The translations under genes and the position numbers were made by a program. DNA of 64,000 bases from Escherichia coli (GTDB lineage: Bacteria; Pseudomonadota; Gammaproteobacteria; Enterobacterales; Enterobacteriaceae). Below are positions 1 to 10,683 of this stretch, piece after piece. The notes under the pieces were generated by a model. That model searched no databases, was not told where the DNA came from, and was given only the letters and a program-made list of their open reading frames with translations. The stretch lies in NCBI RefSeq assembly GCF_017348835.2, contig NZ_CP071375.1, one strand, 5' to 3'. Numbering within the stretch: position 1 is the first letter of the stretch; every line of letters begins with the position of its first letter.

Positions 1-169
1 TTGTGAGTACAATATCTGCATGAGCCATCTCAGAAGAAAGTTCAGCCATACTGCATTTGTTGATTTTAAATGCCGTAATACCATATTCAGCACATACTGA
101 CTTCACTTCATCAGCAGCAAGCGTAGATGTAGCGACACCGCTACCACAAGCAACAAGAATATTAATCAT
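1..169 (-). CDS. PTS galactitol-family EIIB component, 5' part only (gene continues beyond window start)
   Basis: Minus-strand translation from ATG at 167-169 gives MINILVACGSGVATSTLAADEVKSVCAEYGITAFK..., matching the GatB-type EIIB N-terminus with the active-site Cys; absent from ORF track because truncated at the window edge. Confidence 0.6.
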   Translation of the reverse strand, partial: MINILVACGSGVATSTLAADEVKSVCAEYGITAFKINKCSMAELSSEMAHADIVLT

Positions 170-187
170 AATAAACTCCAGTTTTTA

Positions 188-631
188 CTATTGGATTATT
201 TTGGACACAAAAAGTGCTTTTGCATCATCGACGGGAAGTGTCAGTAAGCTTTGGTAAAATTCTTCATTTTGGAGATGGTTAAATAATGACTTTAACAATC
301 GAAGCTGGTCAGCAGGATCCGTAACAATAAGATTAACGACGAGTCTGACCCACAATATTCCATCTTCATCAGCCCTGTTCACAGGTATTGCGTCTGGCAG
401 ACGGATGATATAAATAGCCGGTTGATTCGCATGTTCACTATCACAGTGTGGTATAGCGATAGAATAACCTTCCAGTTCTATTCCTGTCGGATATTCCGCT
501 TCGCGTTTACGCATAGCATTGAGCCAGCTCTCTTTCACCGTATTCGTTTCACGATGCGTGTTATAAATATGTTCAAGCACGGCATCGTAGTTCTGTAGTC
601 CCGCACCATCGGCAACACTGATCGATATCAT
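188..631 (-). CDS. PTS galactitol-family EIIA component
   Basis: ORF 188..682; internal Met (MISISV...) aligns with GatA N-terminus as recalled; GIELEGYSIAIPHCD phospho-His motif of the EIIA-2 fold; about 148 aa from the internal start. Confidence 0.7.
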   Translation of the reverse strand: MISISVADGAGLQNYDAVLEHIYNTHRETNTVKESWLNAMRKREAEYPTGIELEGYSIAIPHCDSEHANQPAIYIIRLPDAIPVNRADEDGILWVRLVVNLIVTDPADQLRLLKSLFNHLQNEEFYQSLLTLPVDDAKALFVSKIIQ

Positions 632-776
632 ATCCTTCCCCCTCACCCCACAATGCTCACATGAGCATTGAACAATCTTCATATGAGCAGTTATAGCACA
701 ACGATCCTGTGGATGAATGACGAGATCTGAGAAATTAAATCCAGATCACAAAAGCACATAATGGCGACAGTATTTA

Positions 777-790
777 TGCTCATATGAGCA
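777..790. promoter_or_regulatory. Perfect 14-bp palindrome TGCTCATATGAGCA upstream of the PTS EIIA gene; candidate operator
   Basis: Seen directly in sequence; related near-palindrome ATGCTCACATGAGCAT around 653-668 and degenerate copies around 5837-5865; function inferred only. Confidence 0.3.
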
Positions 791-967
791 AATCATGATT
801 CAAAAAATGATTTCTTCGAAAAAAATGAGGTAAAACTGGCAATATGCAGAGGATGCACTCAATAGAGGACGCTAAGCAAGCATCGCCATGGATGCTCACT
901 TGATAATTAGGAAATGATTACATTTGGCAAAGCTGATTCGAAGGGAGAAGGCGTGTCGTAGTGAGTT

Positions 968-1723
968 CTAACAGGTTATTACTGACGTGTATTTTGCGAC
1001 TTCGGCAATCCCCTCTTTGTCGGCATGATCGTTGGTTATAAGGGCGGTGATCTCCGACCAGTCGCAGATCTTAAACAAACTGCTGCGCTCAAACTTGGTG
1101 TAATCGCCGAGGATATATTTTTTGTCTGAGTGCGAAATTATCGTGCGATCCAAAAACGCATCAGAAGAAGAAGGCGTCGATGGACCAGTCATGTTACTAA
1201 AGCCGTCGGTTCCAATAAAACAGAGATCAACATGTATATCGTTGATCATAGATACCGCCCACCCCCCAAACACTGAGGAACTCTTTCTACGCAGTTCGCC
1301 GCCAAAGAGAAAAACCTGGTTGTCAGATTCAATCAACACACTGGCAACGGGGAGCGAATCTGTGAAGATTTTAAACCCAGATTTCATACATAACAGGTTA
1401 GCCAGCTCAAAAGTGGTACTGCCCGTACCGATAATCATCGAACTATTAGGTGGAATGAAATCAAGCGCTTTGCGAGCAATCGCCTTCTTATAAGAGTTAT
1501 TTTCTTTTTCCCTGACCTGAAAGGGATGCTCTATGGCCCTTTGCTTTAAAGTCGCCCCACCATGGCTTTTGATCAGCAGCCCTTTTTGTTCAAGATGGGT
1601 CAAATCTTTCCTGATGGTTTCATACGTTACTTCATACTTTCGTGCAAGATCACTGACATAGACCGTACCTGCCGACATTAAGTCTTCAAGTATTAACTTT
1701 CGCCTTTCATCAACCAGATACAT
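968..1723 (-). CDS. DeoR-family transcriptional regulator
   Basis: 251 aa; N-terminal HTH (VSDLARKYEVTYETIRKDL) and C-terminal sugar-phosphate-binding domain typical of DeoR/GlpR/GatR-type repressors. Confidence 0.75.
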   Translation of the reverse strand: MYLVDERRKLILEDLMSAGTVYVSDLARKYEVTYETIRKDLTHLEQKGLLIKSHGGATLKQRAIEHPFQVREKENNSYKKAIARKALDFIPPNSSMIIGTGSTTFELANLLCMKSGFKIFTDSLPVASVLIESDNQVFLFGGELRRKSSSVFGGWAVSMINDIHVDLCFIGTDGFSNMTGPSTPSSSDAFLDRTIISHSDKKYILGDYTKFERSSLFKICDWSEITALITNDHADKEGIAEVAKYTSVITC

Positions 1724-2071
1724 CCTTCCTCCTGAAAACTATTACCCATCTTAGAAAACGCCAAGCATAGCACAGATGATGCAAACAAAAACAAACACTA
1801 ACAGTGGAAAGTACAAATAAACCCAATAAAGACAATAGTTCAAAAACCATATATCCGATTGATAATAAATGAGTTTTTATTATTCATTACAACGCCACTG
1901 TACAATCCCAATTTGTCCCAATTGGCTTAATTTATTAATTATTTGTTTTTGTTGGTTTTTAATATCATAAAAATCAATTAGTTATAAATTTTGTGATTCA
2001 GATCTCAATTGACAACCAATATTTACCAATAGCATACTTGGCTTTAGTTACTTAACGACAGGCAAAATGAA

Positions 2072-2608
2072 ATGAAAACAAAGATTGCTATCGCAAGCGA
2101 TGATGTAGGTTTTGCACGTAAAGAGGAGATAAAAAAATACCTCATAGAAGAGAAAAACATGGAGATCGTGTACGATCCCGTCACATGTAAGGAACAAGGT
2201 GTCAATAACTTCGCGCGTCTGGCCGACGAAATGGCAGGCATTATTCAACGCGATGAGTGCCGTCTGGGAATTTACATTTGTGGGACTGGCATTGGCTTTA
2301 CTTGTCAGATCAACAAACACTGGGGCATAAGAGCCGTTGCGGTTACTAACCCCTACTCCGCAAAGCGGGCGCGACTCAGCAATAACGCACAAGTTATTGG
2401 ACTGGGTTGCCGGGTCAACGATCTCGAATACAGCAAAATGATTGTCGATGCATGGTTGGATAACCCATTCGACTTCACCACCGCCAGAGAAAATTCTAAA
2501 AAGAACTTGCTAGAAGCTGAACGTAACGATAATGCATTGCTGGTTAAGCCCGCTGATGTACGCTGGAATATGGGTTTCCGACCAGATGATGAAAAATCTG
2601 AGGGTTAA
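2072..2608 (+). CDS. RpiB/LacA/LacB-family sugar-phosphate isomerase
   Basis: 178 aa; N-terminus MKTKIAIASDDVGFARKEEI and CGTGIG motif resemble ribose-5-P isomerase B / galactose-6-P isomerase family; first gene of PTS operon. Confidence 0.6.
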   Translation: MKTKIAIASDDVGFARKEEIKKYLIEEKNMEIVYDPVTCKEQGVNNFARLADEMAGIIQRDECRLGIYICGTGIGFTCQINKHWGIRAVAVTNPYSAKRARLSNNAQVIGLGCRVNDLEYSKMIVDAWLDNPFDFTTARENSKKNLLEAERNDNALLVKPADVRWNMGFRPDDEKSEG

Positions 2609-2611
2609 TGT

Positions 2612-3982
2612 ATGGAACTGATCACGCAATTTATAAACGATCTGGGAAATTTTATATTTATCCCGGTCATCTTCCTGGTACTGATGAAGATACTTGGCCG
2701 TCCTCTTTCAGAATGTATCTCGTCTGCCATCAAAGTCGGCATTGGTTTCATTGCGTTAACCATGACCATCAAACTGATGCTGGAAAAAATGCAACCGGCA
2801 GTCACCGGATTAGCAGAAGCAACAGGTTCCTCGCTCAGTGCCATCGATGTTGGTGGCGCAGCGACTGCAGTTATGGGATTTGGCTCCAGCATGGGCGCTA
2901 TCATTATTCCCCTCTGTGTTGCGGTAAATATTGCAATGCTGGTCGCCCGCCTGACTGACTGTGTTAACGTTGATGTTTTCAACCTTCATCAAAATGCGTC
3001 AATGGGGGCAATTGTTGGCGTCTATTCTGGCAGCTTCCTGTATGGCGCATTGACCGCCGCGCTATTCCATGTCTGGGCGCTGATCGCTGCCGATCTTGGT
3101 GCTAAAAATAACGAAAAATTCTTTAACCTGCCAAAAGGTGTTGCGATCTCTCACCCGGTTGCCAATACCTACTTACTTTTCGCTTATCCATTCAACTGGA
3201 TTTATGATCGCATCCCAGGCTTCCGTAATCTGAATGTGACCGCCGAAACTATTCAAAAACGGTTTGGCATTCTCGGCGATCCAACTATGGTTGGTTTTAT
3301 TATTGGTATTTTATTGGGCTTTTGTGGTTATGGCTGGAAATCCCCATACCACACCATAATCGCCAGCCTACAGTTAGGGATGTATCTGGCTGCGGTCATG
3401 CTTCTGTTGCCACGTATGACCTCTATCATGATGGAAGGGCTTGTTCCGCTTTCTAACGTAGCACGCAAAAAACTGGTCAAACGTTTCCCGGATCGTCAAA
3501 TCACTGTTGGCATGGACACTGCCCTGATTGTGGGTCATCCGTCAGTTATCGCCCCTGCATTATTACTGATTCCGGTAATTGTGATCCTCGCCGTAATCTT
3601 GCCTGGCAACCGCGTTATGCCACTGGGTGACCTCTCTCAGTTTGTGTTTTTCATTGCCTGCATGGTACCTGTTTTCAATGGCAACATTATTCGCACCTGG
3701 GTGACCTCGATCATATTGTTTGGTGGTGGTCTGTATATTGCGTCGTGGATGGCACCGGCTACCAACGAAGTCTTCCAGAAATTTGGTACAAACCCGGATG
3801 CCAGCGTGATGTACTCTTCGCTTAACCCGTCAGCGAATCCATTTACTGGTCTGTTTGCCGCCCTGAGCCATGTTGGAATCATTGGCTATGTGATGGCAGG
3901 TATCCTTTTGTTATCTATCGGATACTTAATTAAACAAAAATCACGTCGCCAGATTGAAACGGATTTGGAAAAAGCGCTTTAA
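2612..3982 (+). CDS. PTS galactitol-family EIIC permease
   Basis: 456 aa polytopic membrane protein with GatC/SgcC-like organization; immediately followed by EIIB and EIIA genes. Confidence 0.75.
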   Translation: MELITQFINDLGNFIFIPVIFLVLMKILGRPLSECISSAIKVGIGFIALTMTIKLMLEKMQPAVTGLAEATGSSLSAIDVGGAATAVMGFGSSMGAIIIPLCVAVNIAMLVARLTDCVNVDVFNLHQNASMGAIVGVYSGSFLYGALTAALFHVWALIAADLGAKNNEKFFNLPKGVAISHPVANTYLLFAYPFNWIYDRIPGFRNLNVTAETIQKRFGILGDPTMVGFIIGILLGFCGYGWKSPYHTIIASLQLGMYLAAVMLLLPRMTSIMMEGLVPLSNVARKKLVKRFPDRQITVGMDTALIVGHPSVIAPALLLIPVIVILAVILPGNRVMPLGDLSQFVFFIACMVPVFNGNIIRTWVTSIILFGGGLYIASWMAPATNEVFQKFGTNPDASVMYSSLNPSANPFTGLFAALSHVGIIGYVMAGILLLSIGYLIKQKSRRQIETDLEKAL

Positions 3983-4005
3983 ATCTTTTACAGAGGAATA
4001 ATCAA

Positions 4006-4290
4006 ATGAAAAAAATATTAGTAGTTTGCGGAAACGGAATTGCCTCATCTTCCATCATGGTCTCTGTACTGCAGGACTTCCTGAAAGAAGAGAAAATTGA
4101 AGCGCAAGTCGATAAATCTTCGTTAATGGCATGCACCAGCGATACCTTCAACAGCTATGACCTGGTAGTTTCATCAACCAAACTCGATAACCCGGCCATT
4201 ACTACTCGTGTCATCGTTGGCGCTGGATTACTGACTGGTCTGGGCGAAGATGAGATTTTCGCTGCAGTTAAAGAAGAGATGTTGAAATAA
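4006..4290 (+). CDS. PTS galactitol-family EIIB component
   Basis: 94 aa; MKKILVVCGNGIASSS N-terminus with catalytic Cys typical of GatB/SgcB-type EIIB. Confidence 0.7.
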   Translation: MKKILVVCGNGIASSSIMVSVLQDFLKEEKIEAQVDKSSLMACTSDTFNSYDLVVSSTKLDNPAITTRVIVGAGLLTGLGEDEIFAAVKEEMLK

Positions 4291-4300
4291 CAGGTGTGCA

Positions 4301-4759
4301 ATGAAATTTGAAATTCTGGTGAATGATGTTGATAACAGCATCAGTGACTATCAAACGGCGATCACCTTTGCTGGTACGCAATTATTGGAAAAAGGCTACA
4401 TCACTGCAGAATACATTGACGCCTGCCTGGAACGTGAAAAAAACTATCCGACAGGGCTAATGATGGCAAACGGTCAGGGTATCGCCATTCCCCATGCCGA
4501 TTACACGCTGGTAAATGTAAACAGTATCAGTATTGTTCGTTTCGCCAATGATGTCACTTTCGGGCAAATGGAAGATGCTGATTTAACAGTTGATTGTAGC
4601 ATTATGTTTAACCTGGCATTTGCCACCAGTGATCAACATATGTCGATATTGCGTCGTTTATTCACACTGTTTCAGGATAACGCCTTTGTTGAGACTTGCC
4701 GCAATTTACCTGCAACGCGCGTGGCTAAATATGTAGAGGATACGCTCGCAGCATCCTGA
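4301..4759 (+). CDS. PTS EIIA component (EIIA-2 fold)
   Basis: 152 aa; GQGIAIPHAD phospho-His motif. Confidence 0.7.
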   Translation: MKFEILVNDVDNSISDYQTAITFAGTQLLEKGYITAEYIDACLEREKNYPTGLMMANGQGIAIPHADYTLVNVNSISIVRFANDVTFGQMEDADLTVDCSIMFNLAFATSDQHMSILRRLFTLFQDNAFVETCRNLPATRVAKYVEDTLAAS

Positions 4760-4763
4760 AATT

Positions 4764-4797
4764 AAAAGGGCAGAATCAGCGGTACTGCCCTTTCTTC
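4764..4797. terminator. Stem-loop between convergent PTS operon and regulator gene
   Basis: Inverted repeat AAGGGCAG..CTGCCCTT followed by TTCTTC on plus strand, lying between stops of convergent CDSs. Confidence 0.45.
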
Positions 4798-4810
4798 ACT
4801 GATACGGCTA

Positions 4811-5788
4811 TTAATCCAGAAGTTTAATGGCCGTATCAAAATCAGTAATTAAGACATTCAAAAGTCCGGATTTCAGCGAAGCAAGGATGCCTTCATATTT
4901 TTCTTCTCCTCCAGCGACACCAATCACTTTTTTGGCTTTTTGTAGTTGATCCATCGAAATGCCAAATCCCAGACGTTCAATAGGACTATGAAGAATCTTC
5001 CCTTCCCTGTTGACCAACGAGATACACACATCCGCAGCGATATCTTGTTGAAACAAAGCTTCGCACCAGGTATCCGGAAATATTTTACACAAGCTTGAAG
5101 AACCAGATTTCCAGTCACCTATCCCGGTGATAACCACATCCAACTGTGAGTAATATTGCTGTGTATCTAATACCGCAGGATCACCTGCCAGTCTGGCAGC
5201 AAGCTCTTCGTCATCGACCCACATCGGCACGTACATTGGGTGCGCTTTTCCCTGCGAAATGGCTGCGATCTTATGAATAAGATCTATTGGCCCTTGACTG
5301 AACTCAATCCCCGGATGTACGCCAGATAACTGCACAACGTCTAAAGGAGGCAACTTGCTCAACTTACTGACCGTGCTTGATAATACACGCCCCCAGGCGA
5401 TCCCCACTTTCATACCTTCATGAAGAGATTGCATAAGATATTCAGCGGTGACTTCACCCAATTTGTGATTGAGTTCTTCTTGCGTCGTCCAGGATTCTGC
5501 AACTGAAAGAACAATTGCATCTTCCAGATGAAATTTTTTCCGTAGATTATTAGCGATTTCTTCATCCATCGCTTGCTGCTTAGGGAAGATAAACCTCACG
5601 TAATCCTGTTCGATCGCCTCATCGATCAATCTGGCAACTTTAAAGCGGGAAACGCCAAGCTCCTCTGCAATCTCAATCTTGGTTTTCATATCCGCAAAAT
5701 AACGTCTGACCACGAGCGAGTATATGTAGCGAGGATCGTAACCCTGCCAGCGGCTGTTTTTTTTCTGTTTCGTCATTCTCTTTTCCAT
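4811..5788 (-). CDS. SorC/DeoR-family sugar-binding transcriptional regulator
   Basis: 325 aa; N-terminal HTH (KIEIAEELGVSRFKVARLIDEA) and large C-terminal sugar-binding domain typical of SorC-type regulators. Confidence 0.65.
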   Translation of the reverse strand: MEKRMTKQKKNSRWQGYDPRYIYSLVVRRYFADMKTKIEIAEELGVSRFKVARLIDEAIEQDYVRFIFPKQQAMDEEIANNLRKKFHLEDAIVLSVAESWTTQEELNHKLGEVTAEYLMQSLHEGMKVGIAWGRVLSSTVSKLSKLPPLDVVQLSGVHPGIEFSQGPIDLIHKIAAISQGKAHPMYVPMWVDDEELAARLAGDPAVLDTQQYYSQLDVVITGIGDWKSGSSSLCKIFPDTWCEALFQQDIAADVCISLVNREGKILHSPIERLGFGISMDQLQKAKKVIGVAGGEEKYEGILASLKSGLLNVLITDFDTAIKLLD

Positions 5789-5949
5789 TGATCATGTCAT
5801 CAGCAAACATGTATAAATCAGAAGAGTATAACGATTATGCTCATAAGAGATGCGCATATGAGAAGAAAATTATCATTTGTATGATTCGAAACAACCTGTT
5901 CTGGATGACGGAATGCTTACACAGACCGACAAACCAGACGTTTTGAATG

Positions 5950-6876
5950 TCAAAATCCGTTACGGTTGATATTCACAGGCATTCCCGATCGACGTTGCAA
6001 CGCAGCATTTGCGCGATTTACATCAACTTCTTGCCCGTTGATAAACGCCCGCAAAGATGGGGTTACAGGCAATGGCACTTTTCGGTCAGACTCATATTCT
6101 GCACGATTGCGCGACAGCGGCTCATGAACTTCCAGCCAGTTCGAGCCATCTGGTTCAGTGGTGTATTTTACTGGCTGGTCGATAATTTGCACACGCGTCC
6201 CAACAGGAACATTATCAAACAGATATTTGATATCGTCATTGCGCAGACGAATACAGCCCTGACTTACCCGAAGTCCAATACCAAAATTGGCATTGGTACC
6301 GTGGATGGCATACAACCTGCCAATATAAATCGCGTACAGCCCCATGGGATTATCGGGCCCCGCAGGAACAAATGCGGGCAAACTCTCCCCTCGTTTCGCA
6401 TATTCGCGCCGAGTGTTCGGCGTTGGCGTCCAGGTTGGAGCTTCTTGTTTACGTTCAACGGTAGTCACCCAGTTACGCGGGGTTTCTCGCCCAGCCTGGC
6501 CGATACCAATAGGAAAGACTTCCACAGTATTACTGTCTGGTGGGTAGTAATAAAGACGCATCTCAGCGACGTTAACCACAATCCCTTTACGAACAGTGGC
6601 GGGCAAAATCAGTTGCTGCGGAATGGTGAGTTGCGAGCCAGACTTCGGCAAGAAAACATCAGCGCCCGGGTTCGCTTCCAGCATGTTACTTAACCCTTGC
6701 CCGTATTGTGCGGCAAAAGTCTCCAGCGGCTGGGTATTGTGATCAGGAACAGTTACAGTAAACGACTGCCCCACTAAACGGCTACCCTCTGGAGGTAATG
6801 GATAAGTTACCGCCAGGCTAGTATGGCTGGCAAAAAGCAGAGCAAATGAGCAAAGAATATTTACACGACGCATCAT
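5950..6876 (-). CDS. ldtA: L,D-transpeptidase LdtA (ErfK)
   Basis: 308 aa with signal peptide and YkuD catalytic region (HGT...SQGCIRL); matches E. coli ErfK as recalled and sits next to cobT as in K-12. Confidence 0.85.
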   Translation of the reverse strand: MMRRVNILCSFALLFASHTSLAVTYPLPPEGSRLVGQSFTVTVPDHNTQPLETFAAQYGQGLSNMLEANPGADVFLPKSGSQLTIPQQLILPATVRKGIVVNVAEMRLYYYPPDSNTVEVFPIGIGQAGRETPRNWVTTVERKQEAPTWTPTPNTRREYAKRGESLPAFVPAGPDNPMGLYAIYIGRLYAIHGTNANFGIGLRVSQGCIRLRNDDIKYLFDNVPVGTRVQIIDQPVKYTTEPDGSNWLEVHEPLSRNRAEYESDRKVPLPVTPSLRAFINGQEVDVNRANAALQRRSGMPVNINRNGF

Positions 6877-6937
6877 GTCCCTTTCCTAAGTCGCGAAAGC
6901 TATCCGTTAAGTATAGCTTTTATCAGACTTTTCGTTT

Positions 6938-8017
6938 TTAACTGTTCAAATCAGAAGTCGTATTCCCCGGTAGAACAATATTACTGGCAGCAAGTTCGCC
7001 CATATTGTTATATATCGCACAGGCAGCTTCGATGATGGGCATCGCCAGAGCTGCGCCACTCCCCTCACCTAAACGCATCTCCATATTGAGATAAGGCTCC
7101 AGCCCCAAATGCGACAGCGCTATACGCGCCCCTTTTTCTGCCGACAGGTGAGAAGGAATGAGATACGGTTTGATTGCAGGAGACATCTGGCAGGCTGCGA
7201 GCGCAGCAGCATAAGAAAGAAATCCATCCAGCAACACGGGTAAACCGCAGGAAGCAGCGCCTAACATCACGCCAGCCATTCCGACCAAATCAAATCCACC
7301 CACTTTTGCCAGGACATCAACGCCATCCTGAGGATTTGGTTGATTCAACGTAATCGCCCGGCGCACAACATCAATTTTATTAGCCAGTTTATCTGTCGGC
7401 AGGTTTGCGCCAATCCCAACCACTTCTTCAGGATCCCGGCCAGTGATTGTGCTGACGATTGCCGCTGCCGGTGTCGTGTTTGCCATCCCCAGTTCACCTA
7501 CACCAAACAGCGTGACACCGTTTTTTGCCAGCTCCCGCGTATAACATATGACGTCGAAAAGCAACTTTTCAGCCTGACGGCGACTCATTGCCGGAGCTGA
7601 AGCAATATTGCCGCTACCTCGTGCGACACGCATGTTGATAAGCCCGGGGATAGGCTCAGCAGTATCAATACCAACATCAATTACGTGGACGTTAGCGCCC
7701 GCTTGTGCTGCCAGCACACACACGCCGGTTGTTCCGCGGGTCATATTTTCAGCCTGAATGGCTGTCACTTCTTTTGGGGAAATAGCGACCCCTTCCTCCC
7801 AGACGCCGTGATCGGCACACATAACCAGTACCGCTTTTTTGCCCACATGCGGTATGCCATTCAACCCCGGCATTCCTGCCAGTTGTATGGCAAGCGCCTC
7901 CAGCCTTCCAAGGCTACCAACAGGTTTGAGTAACCCGTCAATATGCCGTTGTGCACGCGACATAGCGGCAGGATCGATAGCAGGGATCGTATTCAGTAAA
8001 TCGGCAAGTGTTTGCAT
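6938..8017 (-). CDS. cobT: Nicotinate-nucleotide--dimethylbenzimidazole phosphoribosyltransferase
   Basis: 359 aa; N-terminus [15 protein letters not shown] matches E. coli CobT as recalled; cobU-cobS-cobT operon order. Confidence 0.9.
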   Translation of the reverse strand: MQTLADLLNTIPAIDPAAMSRAQRHIDGLLKPVGSLGRLEALAIQLAGMPGLNGIPHVGKKAVLVMCADHGVWEEGVAISPKEVTAIQAENMTRGTTGVCVLAAQAGANVHVIDVGIDTAEPIPGLINMRVARGSGNIASAPAMSRRQAEKLLFDVICYTRELAKNGVTLFGVGELGMANTTPAAAIVSTITGRDPEEVVGIGANLPTDKLANKIDVVRRAITLNQPNPQDGVDVLAKVGGFDLVGMAGVMLGAASCGLPVLLDGFLSYAAALAACQMSPAIKPYLIPSHLSAEKGARIALSHLGLEPYLNMEMRLGEGSGAALAMPIIEAACAIYNNMGELAASNIVLPGNTTSDLNS

Positions 8018-8028
8018 GTCACGTCTCT

Positions 8029-8772
8029 TTATAGCAGTGCCAGCAGGAAGACCAGTTCACCAAGCTCTATAGCTGCTCCCAGCGTATCGCCGGTTTGCCC
8101 GCCCAGCGTACGTTTGAGAAGCTGACCGAGGATGAAAATCGCCACCATCGTCACCACCATAGCAGCCACACCATGCATACCCGGCAATAATACGGCAGCA
8201 AAAATAGCGGCTAAGCCGAGTGTGACGCAAGTTTGTCGCCCATCAATTTTGCCAATGAACACATTGCCAAGTCCTTCTTCCCGGGCATAACGATGACGAT
8301 ACATCAATAATGCGGCAGTCCCGCGGCTGACCGCACATGCTGCCGCCAGCGATGCAAGGATCGGTTCGCCACGCAGAGCCAACTCGCTTAACACCAGAAT
8401 CTTTGCCAGTACAACAAAAATCAATGCCAGACCGCCGTGGGTGCCTAAACGGCTATCACGCATGATTTCCAACATGCGATCGCGGCTACGTGCAGAAAAT
8501 ACGCCATCACAGGTATCGGCGAGGCCGTCCAGGTGGAATCCCCCGGTCATCAGCGCCAGCGCCAGCACGCTAAACAGTGCCGCCAGTGGTACACCAAACC
8601 ATGCCTGCAACGCCATGAAGACCAGCCCGCTAATCGCGCCAAGCAATAAACCAATTAAAGGAAAAGTAATAATACCGCGAGAATAATGCTCGAAATCCAG
8701 TCCCTGGGACCAGCGACGCGGTACAGGCAGACGCGTAATAAATGAGAGCATCGCCCAAAATAATTTACTCAT
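8029..8772 (-). CDS. cobS: Cobalamin (adenosylcobinamide-GDP ribazoletransferase) synthase
   Basis: ORF 8029..8808; start placed at MSKLFWAM as in E. coli CobS; ATGA overlap with cobU stop. Confidence 0.9.
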   Translation of the reverse strand: MSKLFWAMLSFITRLPVPRRWSQGLDFEHYSRGIITFPLIGLLLGAISGLVFMALQAWFGVPLAALFSVLALALMTGGFHLDGLADTCDGVFSARSRDRMLEIMRDSRLGTHGGLALIFVVLAKILVLSELALRGEPILASLAAACAVSRGTAALLMYRHRYAREEGLGNVFIGKIDGRQTCVTLGLAAIFAAVLLPGMHGVAAMVVTMVAIFILGQLLKRTLGGQTGDTLGAAIELGELVFLLALL

Positions 8773-9314
8773 TTGATTTTTACTCCAATACCCGAAACCA
8801 CCAGCCATACTTCATTTGCCGCAGCGGCCAGCTGCTGATTTACCCGCCCGGCAATATCACGAAAATGTCGTGCCAGACGACTCTCCGGCACAATCCCCAT
8901 TCCCACTTCGTTAGTCACTAATACAACCTTTGCGGGGCAACGTTGGCAGGCAGCAATCAACGACTGAATCTCAGCATTAATCGCCTGTTCCATCGCCTGA
9001 TAATCCCATTCATCAGGGTCTTTATCGCCGCCATAATCAAACAACAGATTAGTCACCATTGTGGTAACGCATTCCAGCAACACAGCTTCATGCGGGTTAA
9101 TGTCTGCATGAATTAATTCATCAAGATGTTGCCAACGCTCCACCGTGCGCCAGTGCGCCGGACGGCCTTGCCGATGATGTTCTATCCGTGCAGCCATCTC
9201 ATCATCAAGGATTTGCGAGGTGGCGATATACAGAACCTGTGAAGAGTCCCCAATAAGCGCCTCTGCGTGGCGACTCTTCCCGCTCCGTGCGCCCCCCGTC
9301 ACCAAAATCATCAT
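8769..9314 (-). CDS. cobU: Adenosylcobinamide kinase / adenosylcobinamide-phosphate guanylyltransferase
   Basis: 181 aa; P-loop GGARSGKS; matches E. coli CobU. Confidence 0.9.
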   Translation of the reverse strand: MMILVTGGARSGKSRHAEALIGDSSQVLYIATSQILDDEMAARIEHHRQGRPAHWRTVERWQHLDELIHADINPHEAVLLECVTTMVTNLLFDYGGDKDPDEWDYQAMEQAINAEIQSLIAACQRCPAKVVLVTNEVGMGIVPESRLARHFRDIAGRVNQQLAAAANEVWLVVSGIGVKIK

Positions 9315-9785
9315 ACCTACTCCTGATTCAATTGTATGATGGTATTCATTGAACAGAACAATGGATCCCCCACCGTTGCTGACCGCAAAACATTTACACG
9401 ATTAATACTGCGCGTAATATAATTAAAAATCCAGCATTCTCAATCCATTACGAAAGAAGATGGCATTGCGGAATAGCCCGACTTCCTCGTGTTAACGTAT
9501 GACAAAATGCGTCATTGACAGCGGTTTCTCTGGAATGACAGATTTCATTCAGATAATGGATTAATGCTACAGTCCCACCAGCCGGACCAGTCAGCAAACG
9601 GGCATTGTGTTCTGCAATCAAAATTACCGTCGTTCCCTCAGAATGAGCGAGCCATTCTGGTACGGATATCTCGCTTTCAGCTGCTATCAATAGCTGCACT
9701 GAATAATCGCTATACGCATCTGATAATGATTGCACAGACCCACCGTTAAGAGGCTGGAAATCTTGCTGCCAGTCCTCACGGATAA

Positions 9786-10082
9786 AACCGCAGCCTCTAC
9801 AGTGCACTGTTGGTCAGTGCCTGCGAAGCGGACATTATCGCGCTGGTGCTTAATGCGGACGCACCGTGGTCACCTTTTTCGCCAGGCTTTACCTCGTCAA
9901 TGAATCGCCCGGTCATTGGAGTAGTAACCAAAGCAGATTTAGCCAACATGGAACAAATATCTTTGGTGAAATGTTGGTTACGGGAAGCTGGAGCGCACAA
10001 CGTGTTAGTAACCAGTGCGGTTAATAACAATAGAGTTGCAGAACTTTTTGCCTTGCTGCATATAGAAGAAGTCTGTCGCTAA
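9786..10082 (+). pseudogene. Remnant of a EutP/PduV-family GTPase gene (C-terminal portion only; yoeF-like)
   Basis: Open frame from stop at 9783-9785; translation ...[33 protein letters not shown]...[13 protein letters not shown]...VKCWLREAG... resembles the C-terminal half of EutP/PduV as recalled; no P-loop N-terminus in any upstream frame. Confidence 0.35.
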
Positions 10083-10140
10083 TTTCGACAGGTCCTCAGA
10101 TGGGAATGATGACGGTGATACACAGAAAAGAATCAATGAG

Positions 10141-10169
10141 CAATGAGGGTTGCCAAGCAACCCTCATTG
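10141..10169 (-). terminator. Putative intrinsic terminator downstream of yeeX
   Basis: Perfect 12-bp inverted repeat CAATGAGGGTTG / CAACCCTCATTG with short loop; T-rich on minus-strand transcript side. Confidence 0.4.
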
Positions 10170-10182
10170 AATAAAACAGGAA

Positions 10183-10512
10183 TTACTTCGCTTCGCCGTT
10201 TTTCATTTCGCCCATAGCTTTCAGCTTTTTGGAGATATCACGGCGTTCTTTGGAGAGCTCGGCATTTTTGATGATGTAATCGTCAACACGATCTTCATAG
10301 TCACCTTTCATGCTAGCGATGATGCCCTGGATTGCTTCAACGCTCATCCCCGGCTTGATGTAATCACTCAGGTTGTCCAGCAGCAGGACGCGCTTCTGGT
10401 TGTCACGGATCTTTTTCTCAACGTCCTGAATTTCACGTTGCAGTTTGTTCTTACGACGGAACAGGCGAACAAATTCCAGTACGTCCTGGAATGAAGGCTT
10501 GGTAGTTTCCAT
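10183..10512 (-). CDS. yeeX: DUF496 family protein YeeX
   Basis: ORF 10183..10578; start at [14 protein letters not shown] as in E. coli YeeX (109 aa). Confidence 0.85.
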   Translation of the reverse strand: METTKPSFQDVLEFVRLFRRKNKLQREIQDVEKKIRDNQKRVLLLDNLSDYIKPGMSVEAIQGIIASMKGDYEDRVDDYIIKNAELSKERRDISKKLKAMGEMKNGEAK

Positions 10513-10683
10513 TTTTATACCCCTGATAATGTGAGAGTCGGATTCGTTTAAGCAACCGCTATTCGTTAGGGCCAACATTACTCATAGCTGCCGCAGATGA
10601 CAATGCTTTTATCCCTTTTCACTATCATACCCTTTATCCTTGCTGAATCGAAGCAGCAGCAAGATGATTCTGAAGTTCAGGAA

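Noticed and set aside
5947..6693. 248-aa plus-strand ORF antisense to ldtA
   Set aside because: Completely embedded opposite a confidently identified gene; no recognisable domain.
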